From the NCBI GenBank assembly GCA_003385635.1, contig QQUY01000002.1:587385-651384 (forward strand): a DNA stretch of 64,000 nucleotides. The letters are read 5' to 3'. Both the position numbers and the translations under genes were made by a program. Shown here one piece after another: positions 17,405 through 26,168 of this stretch (positions are counted from its first letter, which is position 1; the number at the start of each line of letters is the position of its first letter). Below the pieces are notes generated by a model. The model saw nothing but the letters and a program-made list of their open reading frames with translations. It was not told the origin of the DNA and searched no databases. Origin of the DNA: Acidobacteriota bacterium. GTDB lineage: Bacteria; Acidobacteriota; Blastocatellia; Pyrinomonadales; Pyrinomonadaceae.

Positions 17405-19285
17405 ATGAGAGATCTATTCCGCAAGAAGTCCATTGAGCAGATCAAGGCGGATGCCGCGGCAGGCATGCTTGCTCACGACCCCGGCGAGGTTCAACCGGGT
17501 ACACATCTGAAACGATCGCTTGGCCTTTTCGACCTGACGATGCTCGGCATCGCGGCGATCATCGGTGCCGGCATTTTTGCGATGGTAGGCGAGGCCTCGC
17601 ACGACGGCGGACCTGCCGTGATCTTTCTCTTCGTATTCTCAGCCATCGCCTGCGGATTTGCCGCGCTTTGCTACGCGGAGTTCGCATCGCGGATACCGAT
17701 CGCTGGCTCTGCTTACACTTACACGTATGCATCGATGGGCGAGCTCATAGCGTGGATCATCGGCTGGGATCTGATAGTAGAGTACGCGATCGGAAACATC
17801 GCGGTCGCGATCTCCTGGTCGGACTACTTCACAGGAATGCTCAGAGGTTACGGAGTCGAGATACCCGCCTACCTGACGATGGACTATCTCACCGCCTCGC
17901 GTTCTTTCGAAGAAAGTCAGAAGGCGATCGAAGCGGCAATCGGCCAGGGACATACGCTGGAAGCGATGCGCGCTATGAGCGGAGATTCGCTTGGAAAGAT
18001 CTCGGAAGACCTTTCGCCTAAGCTTGTCGAGGCATATTCGGCGTGGTCTACCGCTCCTGTGGTCGGAGGCTGGCACGTTGTCGTAGATCTTCCGGCGCTG
18101 ATGATCACGTTTGTGATCACGGCACTTGTTTACATAGGCATCCGGGAATCAAAGTTCGCGGCGAATGTGATGACAGTCCTGAAGATCGGCATCATTCTTA
18201 TGGTGATCGGGCTTGGATTCAACTACGTCCAGCCAGAGAACTGGTCGCCGTTCGCTCCGAATGGAGTCGAGGGAGTCTTGAAGGGCGTTGCCGGGGTCTT
18301 CTTCGCCTACATTGGGTTTGACGCTCTTGCAACAACGGCGGAAGAAGCGAAAGACCCGCACAAGGACCTTCCAAGAGCGATGATCCTGTCGCTCGTCATA
18401 TGTACTGTTTTATATGTAGCGCTCGCGCTGGTGCTAACGGGAATGGTCAGCTATCAGTTCCTCAACGTGGGCGATCCGCTCGCTTTCGTCTTCGGTCCCG
18501 AAGGCGCGAACATTCCCTGGTTGGCACAGGTGATAGCGATCAGCGCTGTGATCGCTCTGGGCACCGTTTTCCTGGTGTTTCAGCTTGGACAGCCGAGACT
18601 CTGGATGGCGATGAGCCGCGATGGTCTTCTGCCGAAGATCTTCTCTTCTATCCACCCGAAGTTCCACACCCCCTGGTTCGCAACGATAGTCACCGGGTTG
18701 GTGGTCGCGATCCCGGCGCTGTTTATGAACCTCGAAGAGGTCACGGACCTTACCGCGATCGGTACTCTTTTCGCATTCGTTCTTGTATGCGCGGGAGTAC
18801 TTGTCAAGGACAGGGAATTTGAAGGTACCAAGCGCTTTGTTCCGTATATCGGCTCGCGGTTCATACTGACACCATTGCTAATTGCGATTCTAGCAGTGGT
18901 CTACTATTTCAATCCCTCGATGTTCTCGGACTTTTTCAGCCTTGTTCCTGCTGAAGGCGAAGGCGCCTGGGGTGCTTTTTCGCACAAGATCCCGCTTATC
19001 ATCTATCTGGTTGTCGCGATCTTAATCGTATGGCTAAGCCTTGCGAAGAACATCTCCCTGATCCCGTGCCTGGGCCTTCTGTCCTGTGCGTATCTGATGA
19101 CAGAGCTTGGCGTGACGAACTGGGCGAGGTTTGGCTTGTGGCTGCTCGCCGGTCTCGTCATATATTTCCTCTACGGCTACAGGAATAGCAATCTGAACAA
19201 GGGCAACGGTGTTCCGTCATCGTCGGATAGCGCTCCTCCGCCGCCACCGGCAGATCTTGATCCAAGGTCTAACGAAGAGGAGTAG
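17405..19285 (+). CDS. APC-superfamily amino acid permease (cationic amino acid transporter-like)
   Basis: About 12-14 TM helices. The N-terminus MRDLFRKKSIEQIKADA and LGLFDLTMLGIAAIIGAGIF are typical of the family. Start taken at the ATG at 17405 rather than the TTG at 17384. Confidence 0.85.
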   Translation: MRDLFRKKSIEQIKADAAAGMLAHDPGEVQPGTHLKRSLGLFDLTMLGIAAIIGAGIFAMVGEASHDGGPAVIFLFVFSAIACGFAALCYAEFASRIPIAGSAYTYTYASMGELIAWIIGWDLIVEYAIGNIAVAISWSDYFTGMLRGYGVEIPAYLTMDYLTASRSFEESQKAIEAAIGQGHTLEAMRAMSGDSLGKISEDLSPKLVEAYSAWSTAPVVGGWHVVVDLPALMITFVITALVYIGIRESKFAANVMTVLKIGIILMVIGLGFNYVQPENWSPFAPNGVEGVLKGVAGVFFAYIGFDALATTAEEAKDPHKDLPRAMILSLVICTVLYVALALVLTGMVSYQFLNVGDPLAFVFGPEGANIPWLAQVIAISAVIALGTVFLVFQLGQPRLWMAMSRDGLLPKIFSSIHPKFHTPWFATIVTGLVVAIPALFMNLEEVTDLTAIGTLFAFVLVCAGVLVKDREFEGTKRFVPYIGSRFILTPLLIAILAVVYYFNPSMFSDFFSLVPAEGEGAWGAFSHKIPLIIYLVVAILIVWLSLAKNISLIPCLGLLSCAYLMTELGVTNWARFGLWLLAGLVIYFLYGYRNSNLNKGNGVPSSSDSAPPPPPADLDPRSNEEE

Positions 19286-19309
19286 TCGAGTCTTGTTGTT
19301 CTTTATTGA

Positions 19310-19338
19310 AAGGGCCGCTCTTATCAAGGGCGGCCCTT
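19310..19338 (+). terminator. Intrinsic terminator-like hairpin after the permease gene
   Basis: AAGGGCCGC tcttatcaagg GCGGCCCTT, a 9-bp GC-rich stem 25 nt after the stop, followed by tta. Confidence 0.55.
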
Positions 19339-19340
19339 TA

Positions 19341-19450
19341 GCGGTCCTTTGCGGCTTGGCGTAAGGTTTACCTTGATAACTTCGCTCACAAGCGGAGATT
19401 ATAGAGTTTTTGCTTCCCGCAAAGGCGCGAAGGCGCCAAGATCCGCAAAG
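19341..19450. repeat. Roughly 110-bp element with inverted ends (GCGGTCCTTTGCGGCTTGGCG ... CGCCAAGATCCGCAAAG)
   Basis: The ends are inverted copies of each other. The left end recurs at 20022-20042 in the same orientation. Confidence 0.45.
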
Positions 19451-19511
19451 AAGAGTCCAGTATTAAGCCATTTATGAATCCTCTCAAATCCCTTTGTCGA
19501 AAGTAATACTA

Positions 19512-19994
19512 ATGGCAGAGCACATACTCAGAACGGAGCAGACTATAGACCGGCCTATTGAGGAGACCTTCGAGTTCTTTGCAGATGCAGGAAACCTCGA
19601 GCGCATCACGCCGCCCGAACTCAATTTCAAGATCATCACCCCTCAACCGATCGATATACAGAAAGGGACTATTATCGATTACAGATTGCGCCTGCGCGGA
19701 TTCCCTATGTCCTGGAAGACCGTCATTTCTGAATGGAATCCGCCATTCTCGTTTGTGGATGAAGCGCTTAAAAGCCCTTACAGTCAGTGGATCCATCGCC
19801 ACACTTTCGAAGAGATCGAACCTGGAAGAACTTTGATCAAAGACACCGTTCGGTACCGCCTGCCGCTTGAACCGCTCGGCGACCTCGGCCACTGGTTCAT
19901 AAAGAGGGAACTTGATTACATATTCGACTACAGGAATTCAGCGGTCGAAGAGATCCTCCAGCCCAAGTTCGTCCCTGCCGGCAGAGCGGCGTAA
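19512..19994 (+). CDS. SRPBCC (START/RatA/cyclase-dehydrase-like) family protein
   Basis: 160-aa protein. The N-terminal H.L..EQ.I.RPIEE.F.FF.D..NLERITPP and the length fit SRPBCC-type small ligand-binding proteins. Start taken at the ATG at 19512. Confidence 0.7.
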   Translation: MAEHILRTEQTIDRPIEETFEFFADAGNLERITPPELNFKIITPQPIDIQKGTIIDYRLRLRGFPMSWKTVISEWNPPFSFVDEALKSPYSQWIHRHTFEEIEPGRTLIKDTVRYRLPLEPLGDLGHWFIKRELDYIFDYRNSAVEEILQPKFVPAGRAA

Positions 19995-20021
19995 AGATCG
20001 AATACCGGTTTTGATCCCGTT

Positions 20022-20133
20022 GCGGTCTTTTGCGACTTGGCGAGAGATCTGAACTCCTTATTCTTCACCTGTGAGCAAAATACTCGAAGCTTCGCCTCCC
20101 TCAAAGACGTCGAGACGCAGAGATTCGCAAGGG
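20022..20133. repeat. Second copy of the GCGGTCTTTTGCGACTTGGCG-type element
   Basis: Left end gcggtcttttgcgacttggcg matches 19341-19361 at 18 of 21 positions. The right end cgagacgcagagattcgcaaggg is a weaker inverted match. Confidence 0.4.
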
Positions 20134-20209
20134 CCTTCCGTATCTACAAATCAAGCTTGAAATCAGCTAAGATTGTCCCGCCCCAGATACTCAGACCAAT
20201 TGCTTACCG

Positions 20210-21406
20210 ATGAGAGTCCTACTTGTTATCGACAACCCGGATGACCGGGACTGTGGAAAGCTCGCATCCGACATTTGCCGTGCCGGGAGCCGCTTCGGTC
20301 TAGAAGTTTCCGTCGCGGCTTTTGACGCGGGCGAGATGGAAGAGGAGTTCGAAATCGGTGCGAAGTCATTTCACAGGCTTGAAAGCGAAAATCCGCTGGA
20401 TATGAACAGCGCGTACAGGCTGCGAAATATTGTAAGAAGCCGGGATATCGACATCGTGCATTCTTTCGGCATCCGGGAAGCGGTCCAGACAAGACTTGCA
20501 ACTATCGGAAACAAGTCGGTACAGCGCGTGCTTCACCTACAGGACCAGAACTATACGAATCCGAAGCGGAAGGGGCGGTTCGGAATACGTTCCGCGACGA
20601 GGATGGCCGACGCGACGCTCCTTCCAACCAAGACCGCTTTCTCGATGTTACGCAGCTCCGGAATCGATACGAGAAAGAACTTCTATTTGTGTCCGCCCGG
20701 GACTCGACAGGTTACGGAACGACGTTTCGAGCTGAAAAAGAAGCTCGGACTGACCGAGCAGAACGCACTGATCGGAACCAAGGCGGATTTTCGGCACGAT
20801 TCGGGAACGGACCCAAAAACCATCTGCCGGGCGCTTTCAAGGGTATTCGAGGATATCCCATCTGCGAGATTTGTATTCGCAGGCTCTATTGTCGAAGAAG
20901 GCGAAGACCTGTTTCAGGAGTGCGTCGATCTTTGTGACGAATCGGGTATTGGCGAGAGGGTATTCTTTATCACGGACGGAGAAGAGATAGCGTTGGCGAT
21001 CGACTCTCTCGATCTTTTTGTCTGTTCAGAGACCTTTGAGAGAATACCTCTCCCGCTTATCGAATCTATGGCTGCAGGCATTCCTTCTGTCGTGTCGGAT
21101 ACCGAGACGATCGCGGAATTGACGAACGGTGGTAAGTGCTGTGATGTGTTTGTCCGCGGCGATCAGGAGGAACTAGCGAACAAGCTGCTTTCTTTGATCA
21201 AGAACGAAAAGCTGCGGGCGAAGCGCTCGGCGGATGCACGGGCTTTCGCACAAGAGAACTTCTCGATCGGCTCACATCTTATGAGCCTGAAGACTCTTTA
21301 CACGGAATTACTTGCTGAAAGAGAACTACCGACGGAAAATGATGAGGAGGGATCAGAGATCGACGAGTCTACCGAAGCTGGCGATTCGGTACTGGGTCTT
21401 GAGTGA
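20210..21406 (+). CDS. Glycosyltransferase, GT4-like (GT-B fold)
   Basis: C-terminal half has the typical E.(F/I)P..L.ES(M)A.G.P.V.SD pattern (ERIPLPLIESMAAGIPSVVSDTETIAEL). Confidence 0.8.
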   Translation: MRVLLVIDNPDDRDCGKLASDICRAGSRFGLEVSVAAFDAGEMEEEFEIGAKSFHRLESENPLDMNSAYRLRNIVRSRDIDIVHSFGIREAVQTRLATIGNKSVQRVLHLQDQNYTNPKRKGRFGIRSATRMADATLLPTKTAFSMLRSSGIDTRKNFYLCPPGTRQVTERRFELKKKLGLTEQNALIGTKADFRHDSGTDPKTICRALSRVFEDIPSARFVFAGSIVEEGEDLFQECVDLCDESGIGERVFFITDGEEIALAIDSLDLFVCSETFERIPLPLIESMAAGIPSVVSDTETIAELTNGGKCCDVFVRGDQEELANKLLSLIKNEKLRAKRSADARAFAQENFSIGSHLMSLKTLYTELLAERELPTENDEEGSEIDESTEAGDSVLGLE

Positions 21407-21576
21407 GTCGGCTTCTTTGCCCATCGCGCCGCAATGCGGACGAAGCAGCAACTGACTTCAATCGGCTATCCAAGATCCCGGTAGCTACTGCTTCCGGTAC
21501 TGATTCTTCGCTTCGCTCATTGCCCAACGGACGCGGGTGCTCCGTCTCAGTCCTCAGTCCTTTCCTCTCGTCACTC

Positions 21577-22302
21577 TCACTCGAGCCACACATCAAATGC
21601 CCATCCCCATAGGCCGTTCCAGCGTACGCGGCACCATCGACCAGTTCGGCCTCCGATGGTTTCTGTCCTATCCTGACAAGCCCCCAGATCGACAACTTCG
21701 CCGTGAGGAATTTTGGCAAGTCTTCTTCCGACCTTCGCACTCGGTTGGTCTCTTAGCGCAAGAAACCCGTCTCCCGGTGAATTGACCCTGCGTTTTTGCT
21801 CAATATAGACCTCTCGGTCATCGGGATCAGTAGATCCGGGCGATGGGTTCTTTCCGTCCTGGATCCTGTTCGAAAGTTCTTCCATCTGTTGTTTGAGATC
21901 GTTAACTTCCGAGCTGTTCGCGGTGTTCGAAGTGGTGTTCCCGGATGAGGCCTGCGGAAGTATCAAGAAATAGACCAAAAGCGCAGTCGCCCCGGCAGTA
22001 ACTACGACTGCAAGGGCGACGATTCCGAGTACTCCGGCCAATCCAATACCGTTCTTGCCCGAAGATCCGGCGGACGATGCTTCTTTCAAGGACTCACGAG
22101 TTGGAACTTCTTCCCGATCGGGAATATCGATTTTGACCCGTTTGTCGCCCTTCGCAGTTGTCCGGGACGAATCTCCGGTGTCAGCGGCGTTGAAAGCCTC
22201 TGTCCCGGCCGGATCATCATCTTCCAGGACCGTTCCGTCAGAAAGGCAATAGACAAGTGATTCGTCTGTGTATGCGTTTCCGCACTTCGGGCATTTCTTC
22301 AT
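21577..22302 (-). CDS. Zinc-ribbon / single-TM / bacterial SH3-like domain protein
   Basis: N-terminus MKKCPKCGNAYTDESLVYCLSDG (CxxC...C ribbon), central TM LAGVLGIVALAVVVTAGATALLVYFLIL, and a C-terminal SH3-like GFLALRDQPS...GEVVDL...GRWCRVRWNGLWGWAF. Confidence 0.7.
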   Translation of the reverse strand: MKKCPKCGNAYTDESLVYCLSDGTVLEDDDPAGTEAFNAADTGDSSRTTAKGDKRVKIDIPDREEVPTRESLKEASSAGSSGKNGIGLAGVLGIVALAVVVTAGATALLVYFLILPQASSGNTTSNTANSSEVNDLKQQMEELSNRIQDGKNPSPGSTDPDDREVYIEQKRRVNSPGDGFLALRDQPSAKVGRRLAKIPHGEVVDLGACQDRTETIGGRTGRWCRVRWNGLWGWAFDVWLE

Positions 22303-22322
22303 CGAAAGTGAATGGTCTCAGT

Positions 22323-23504
22323 TCATATTCTGAGCGGCATCACGACATACTGGTATTCGTAATCCGACTCGCCGGCCATTCTCATCTGGACCTGTCCGTT
22401 GCTGCTCTTGAATTCGAAAGATACCCTCGGGGAACCGCCTGATTCGCGAACTTTTACCTTCTCGCCTTCGGTCTCCTTTTCTACCTCTCCCGTCTCGATC
22501 TCGGAACTTGCGGCAACCGAAAGAAAATCCTGAAGATACTGCGCGTTGAACCCGATCTCAGTTTCGGGTCCTTCGTAGTCGGTCGCGATGCGTTCTACCG
22601 CCTCGCCTTCTTCGCTGGAATGAGCGGTCACCTCGATCTCGCCTTCTTTGATCTTCAGCTTCACTGAACGCGTCCGCTCGTCTGCCATCAGGGAAACACG
22701 CGCGACCGCGTCCTTCATTTCCGAAGCATTAAACTCTACCCGCTTGTCGTTGTCCTTTGGGATGACCATTTCATAGTTCGGAAATGTCCCGGAGAGTTTT
22801 CTGGTGATCAGCAGGCGGCTGTCCACCTCAAAATAGATGTGGTTCTGGTCTTCTCCAAAACTCACATCGCCGCCTGTACCGCGTGAGATCTTGACCAGTT
22901 CGATAAGGGCCTTTTTCGGGATCAAGGCGTCCATCGATTCTTCCTTCAGGATCGGAAGGTCCTTGTCGATGTAGGCCAGCCGATATCCATCCGTGGTCAC
23001 CATCCTCGCAGTCCCTTCTTCGATCATGAACTTGGCGCCCGAAAGGGTAAAACGTGATTGCTCGTTCGTGATCGCGAAGGATGTATTGACGATGAAATGG
23101 TTGAATATAGCTGCAGGAAGTGTCAGCGGGGCAGATTTGAAAACTGGAACTTCAGGGAACTGATCACGCGACACTCCCGCAAACCTGTACTTCGACGCGC
23201 CGCAGGTCAGATTGACCCAGTCATTGTCATCCTTTTTGAAGTGAAGCGATCCCTCGGGCAGGAGCCTAACAACGTCAAAGATCTTCCGCGCCTGAAGGCA
23301 CATCGAACCGCCCTCTATGATCTCGGCCTCCGCTTCACAGCGGATGGTGACGTCCAGGTCGGTCCCGATTATCCGTATCGTATTCTCGCCTACCGACTCT
23401 ATAAGGATGTTCGAAAGCACAGGGATAGTAGATTTCTTCTCGACTATTCCCTGCACAAAACCAAGCTCTTCCTTCAAAGCGCCCTGTTCGATCTTGAATT
23501 CCAT
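22323..23504 (-). CDS. dnaN: DNA polymerase III beta sliding clamp
   Basis: MEFKIEQGALKEELGFVQGIVEKKSTIPVLSNILIE... and the C-terminal YVVMPLRI are typical DnaN. GGAG lies 9 nt upstream of the ATG at 23504. The ORF track starts at a TTG at 23513. Confidence 0.92.
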   Translation of the reverse strand: MEFKIEQGALKEELGFVQGIVEKKSTIPVLSNILIESVGENTIRIIGTDLDVTIRCEAEAEIIEGGSMCLQARKIFDVVRLLPEGSLHFKKDDNDWVNLTCGASKYRFAGVSRDQFPEVPVFKSAPLTLPAAIFNHFIVNTSFAITNEQSRFTLSGAKFMIEEGTARMVTTDGYRLAYIDKDLPILKEESMDALIPKKALIELVKISRGTGGDVSFGEDQNHIYFEVDSRLLITRKLSGTFPNYEMVIPKDNDKRVEFNASEMKDAVARVSLMADERTRSVKLKIKEGEIEVTAHSSEEGEAVERIATDYEGPETEIGFNAQYLQDFLSVAASSEIETGEVEKETEGEKVKVRESGGSPRVSFEFKSSNGQVQMRMAGESDYEYQYVVMPLRI

Positions 23505-23555
23505 CTGTTGCAACTCCTGTATTGTGATCTAACCAATCTTAGATCAATTCTCGAT

Positions 23556-23951
23556 TCAATTCACTCTTCGCAGTTTCCAGGTCCCGTTCTCGATCTTTTC
23601 AGCCTCGAACAACAGTCCCGAATAGACTTCTTCGTCCGAGTCAGATGTCGGATCCCGAAACCTGTATTTGATCACTACGTTCGAAATCCCGCGTTCCTCC
23701 GCTTCGCCGGTCACCGATCGCCAAATCTCTTCGACCTGCTTTTCTATCTCAGTCTCCTTTCTTACCAGATCGTCGTTCTTGTAATCGACGATCATCACTC
23801 GTTCGCCTCCTGCGGTTTCCTCCTCAAGAAAAACGATTCCTGTCTTACCCGAACTGAATTCAACCTCGCGGGAGTTGTTTTGCAAATCGCACGAAGTGAA
23901 TTGAAGGCAAATTATGATTCCGATAACTACGGTTTGAAGAACTAAACGCAC
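23556..23951 (-). CDS. Hypothetical small lipoprotein-like protein located between dnaA and dnaN
   Basis: 131-aa ORF with a GTG start. Signal plus Cys (VVIGIIICLQFTSC). Acidic, coding-like composition. No family recognised. Confidence 0.5.
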   Translation of the reverse strand: MRLVLQTVVIGIIICLQFTSCDLQNNSREVEFSSGKTGIVFLEEETAGGERVMIVDYKNDDLVRKETEIEKQVEEIWRSVTGEAEERGISNVVIKYRFRDPTSDSDEEVYSGLLFEAEKIENGTWKLRRVN

Positions 23952-24010
23952 GCTTTTTACTAATTCTATTTAAGAAGAATGTGTTTAAAGCCAGTAGTAG
24001 TAGTAGGCCC

Positions 24011-24248
24011 TGTGGAAATGTGGAAACCTATACTAACCTGCTGAAAGTATTACCTTTACAGTTCCACATCCTTTGTTGAAACCGTGTGTTTTTTAACCAA
24101 GATCTGTTGATCTTCGTGTTGGCCATAAACCAGTGAGCGTTTTCCTCAGGCTGCTCAAAGCTTCGAATGTGGAAATGTGGAAAAGAACTTGCCCGAACCC
24201 GTTTTTCGGACTCGCTACGACTGCCCGTCCGATTCTGTATGTGGAAAA
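24011..24248. promoter_or_regulatory. DnaA-box cluster downstream of dnaA (oriC candidate, part 2)
   Basis: TGTGGAAA-type boxes at 24011-24019 and 24019-24027 (tandem), 24168-24176 and 24176-24184 (tandem) and 24240-24248, plus reverse-orientation TTCCACA at 24062-24068. GATC pair in aagatctgttgatctt at 24099-24114. AT-rich tract at 23955-23995. Confidence 0.6.
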
Positions 24249-24282
24249 CGACTGGTACTGAATGATCGTGCCGGGGACCTAT

Positions 24283-25722
24283 CTAGCTGCAAAGAGTATC
24301 GATTAGCTCGCTCACGAGTTTGTGGAATTCCTTGTCTTCCTTCACAAGCTTTTCTATCTTGTCCACAGAGTGCATTACGGTCGTGTGATGCTTGCCTCCG
24401 AACTCTTTGCCGATCTCCGGAAAGCTGTGCTTCGTCATCCTCTTGCAGAGGTACATTGCGACCTGTCGCGGGAAAGCGATAGCTCTGGAGTTGTTCTTGG
24501 ACTTTATCTCCTCGACCGTCAACTTGTAGTGTGACGCAACGAGCTTCGTGATCCTCTCCATCGTGACGCTTTCCGACTGTTCGGAATCGATGATGTTCTT
24601 CATCGCGTCCTGGGCCAGCATCTTCGAGATCGGTAGGCCTCTTAGTGACGAGATAGCGATCAACCTCACCAGAGACCCTTCCAGCTCGCGAATGTTGCTC
24701 TTGATCTTGCTAGCCATAAAGAAGGCAATATCGTCCGGCAGCTCAACGCCATCGGTATCTGCCTTTCGCTTGAGGATCGCAACCTTGGTTTCGAGATCAG
24801 GTGGCTCCATATCGACGATCAGTCCCCATTCGAATCTTGAATGAAGCCTTTCTTCGAGAGTAGGTATCTCCCTCGGAGGACAATCCGAAGTTATGACGAT
24901 TTGTTTCTGATCGTTGTGCAAAGCGTTGAAAGTATGAAAGAACTCTTCCTGGGTCCTTTCCTTTCCGGCCATGAACTGGACGTCGTCCATCAGAAGGACA
25001 TCGATCAGGCGGTACTTGTCGCGGAAGGTCTGCGTCTTGTCGTACCTGATCGCGTTGATCAGTTCATTCATGAACTTCTCTGCCGAGATGTAGGCGACGC
25101 GAAGGTGCCTGTTCCTGAGTCCGATCGCGTGACCTATCGCATGCATCAAATGCGTCTTGCCAAGCCCGACGCCTCCATAGATGAACATCGGGTTATACGC
25201 TTTTCCCGGCTGGTCAACTACGGCTTCGGCTGCGGCGTGCGCAAATTGGTTGCAGGAACCGACTACGAAGGACTCGAACGTGTACTTTCTGTTGAGAGTG
25301 TTCTCGATCGGCTCGAGATCGACAAATCTTGTCTGGTTCTTCTGATAGAAAGGATCGAAGGTGATCGTATCTTCGTCTTCGGATGAAGCGTTTTGATCTG
25401 CAGGGCGCGCAAGTCGGCGGTCGGCCTCATTGTCCGCGTCAAGGATCTCCCATTTCAACTTGTAGTTCTCCAGATTCAGTTCGGCGAGAGTCTGGTCAAG
25501 TAGGTCGGAGTAATTGGAGTTGATCCACTCTTTGTTGATCTGACTCGCCTTGAGACGAAGGACCTTCGCCTCATCGTCACAGCCGTCAAATTTAATTGGC
25601 CGGAACCAGGCCTCAAAGATCTGGCTATTGAGCTGCTGTTCGACCGACTGCAGAACGTTCGACCAGACATTCGTATTTGAAACCGAAGGCTCCATAAACT
25701 TTCGGAAGATCACCTCGCCCAA
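24283..25722 (-). CDS. dnaA: Chromosomal replication initiator protein DnaA
   Basis: AAA+ Walker A GGVGLGKTHL, Walker B LLMDDVQF, and a C-terminal DNA-binding domain (RAIAFPRQVAMYLCKRMTKHSFPEIGKEFGGKHHTTVMHS). An alternative ATG start lies at 25695 (MEPSV). Confidence 0.93.
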   Translation of the reverse strand: MGEVIFRKFMEPSVSNTNVWSNVLQSVEQQLNSQIFEAWFRPIKFDGCDDEAKVLRLKASQINKEWINSNYSDLLDQTLAELNLENYKLKWEILDADNEADRRLARPADQNASSEDEDTITFDPFYQKNQTRFVDLEPIENTLNRKYTFESFVVGSCNQFAHAAAEAVVDQPGKAYNPMFIYGGVGLGKTHLMHAIGHAIGLRNRHLRVAYISAEKFMNELINAIRYDKTQTFRDKYRLIDVLLMDDVQFMAGKERTQEEFFHTFNALHNDQKQIVITSDCPPREIPTLEERLHSRFEWGLIVDMEPPDLETKVAILKRKADTDGVELPDDIAFFMASKIKSNIRELEGSLVRLIAISSLRGLPISKMLAQDAMKNIIDSEQSESVTMERITKLVASHYKLTVEEIKSKNNSRAIAFPRQVAMYLCKRMTKHSFPEIGKEFGGKHHTTVMHSVDKIEKLVKEDKEFHKLVSELIDTLCS

Positions 25723-25854
25723 GCGGAAATCCGCTAAAATTAAACAATGATGTGAGGAAGGTCTTAAACACCTGAAAAGCGACCTGAGAGAATCATTTAC
25801 AAATGCTTCTTTTTTGGTGGCTTTACAAGAAAAGAACCGGTGCTTTCCCCCGGT

Positions 25855-26009
25855 TTTTCCACAAAGTTTTCCACAGGTTTATGGAAATTCGCTTAAAACT
25901 TAAAGTATCACTTTAAGTCACCTGTTTTCAATAAGTTACAGGCACTTGTCTCTGTGAAATGTGTGCAAGATTATCAGAGATTGAAGGGTAATGCAAGTAG
26001 TTATCCACA
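25855..26009. promoter_or_regulatory. DnaA-box cluster upstream of dnaA (oriC candidate, part 1, and dnaA autoregulation)
   Basis: TTTTCCACA at 25855-25863 and 25867-25875, perfect consensus TTATCCACA at 26001-26009, and a degenerate TATGGAAAT at 25879-25887. AT-rich stretch at 25885-25945. Confidence 0.6.
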
Positions 26010-26120
26010 GGTTTCAAAATAAACACTTTTAAAAGCGAGGAAGCCCTTTCGGCGCAACTAGTTGTAACATACAGGCAACATGGTGTTAATCAAGTTTGAA
26101 GCGATTTTCGGACAAAAAAT

Positions 26121-26140
26121 GGCCGCCTTTCGAGGCGGCC
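26121..26140 (-). terminator. Intrinsic terminator after the DUF2807-like gene
   Basis: GGCCGCC tttcga GGCGGCC, followed on the minus strand by ATTTTTTG. 29 nt after the stop at 26169. Confidence 0.65.
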
Positions 26141-26168
26141 GGGAGCAGTAGGGACGTTTTGTGAACGA

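Noticed and set aside
23058-23945. 295-aa ORF on the plus strand
   Set aside because: It is antisense to dnaN and to the small lipoprotein ORF. It has no motifs, and dnaN on the other strand is unambiguous.
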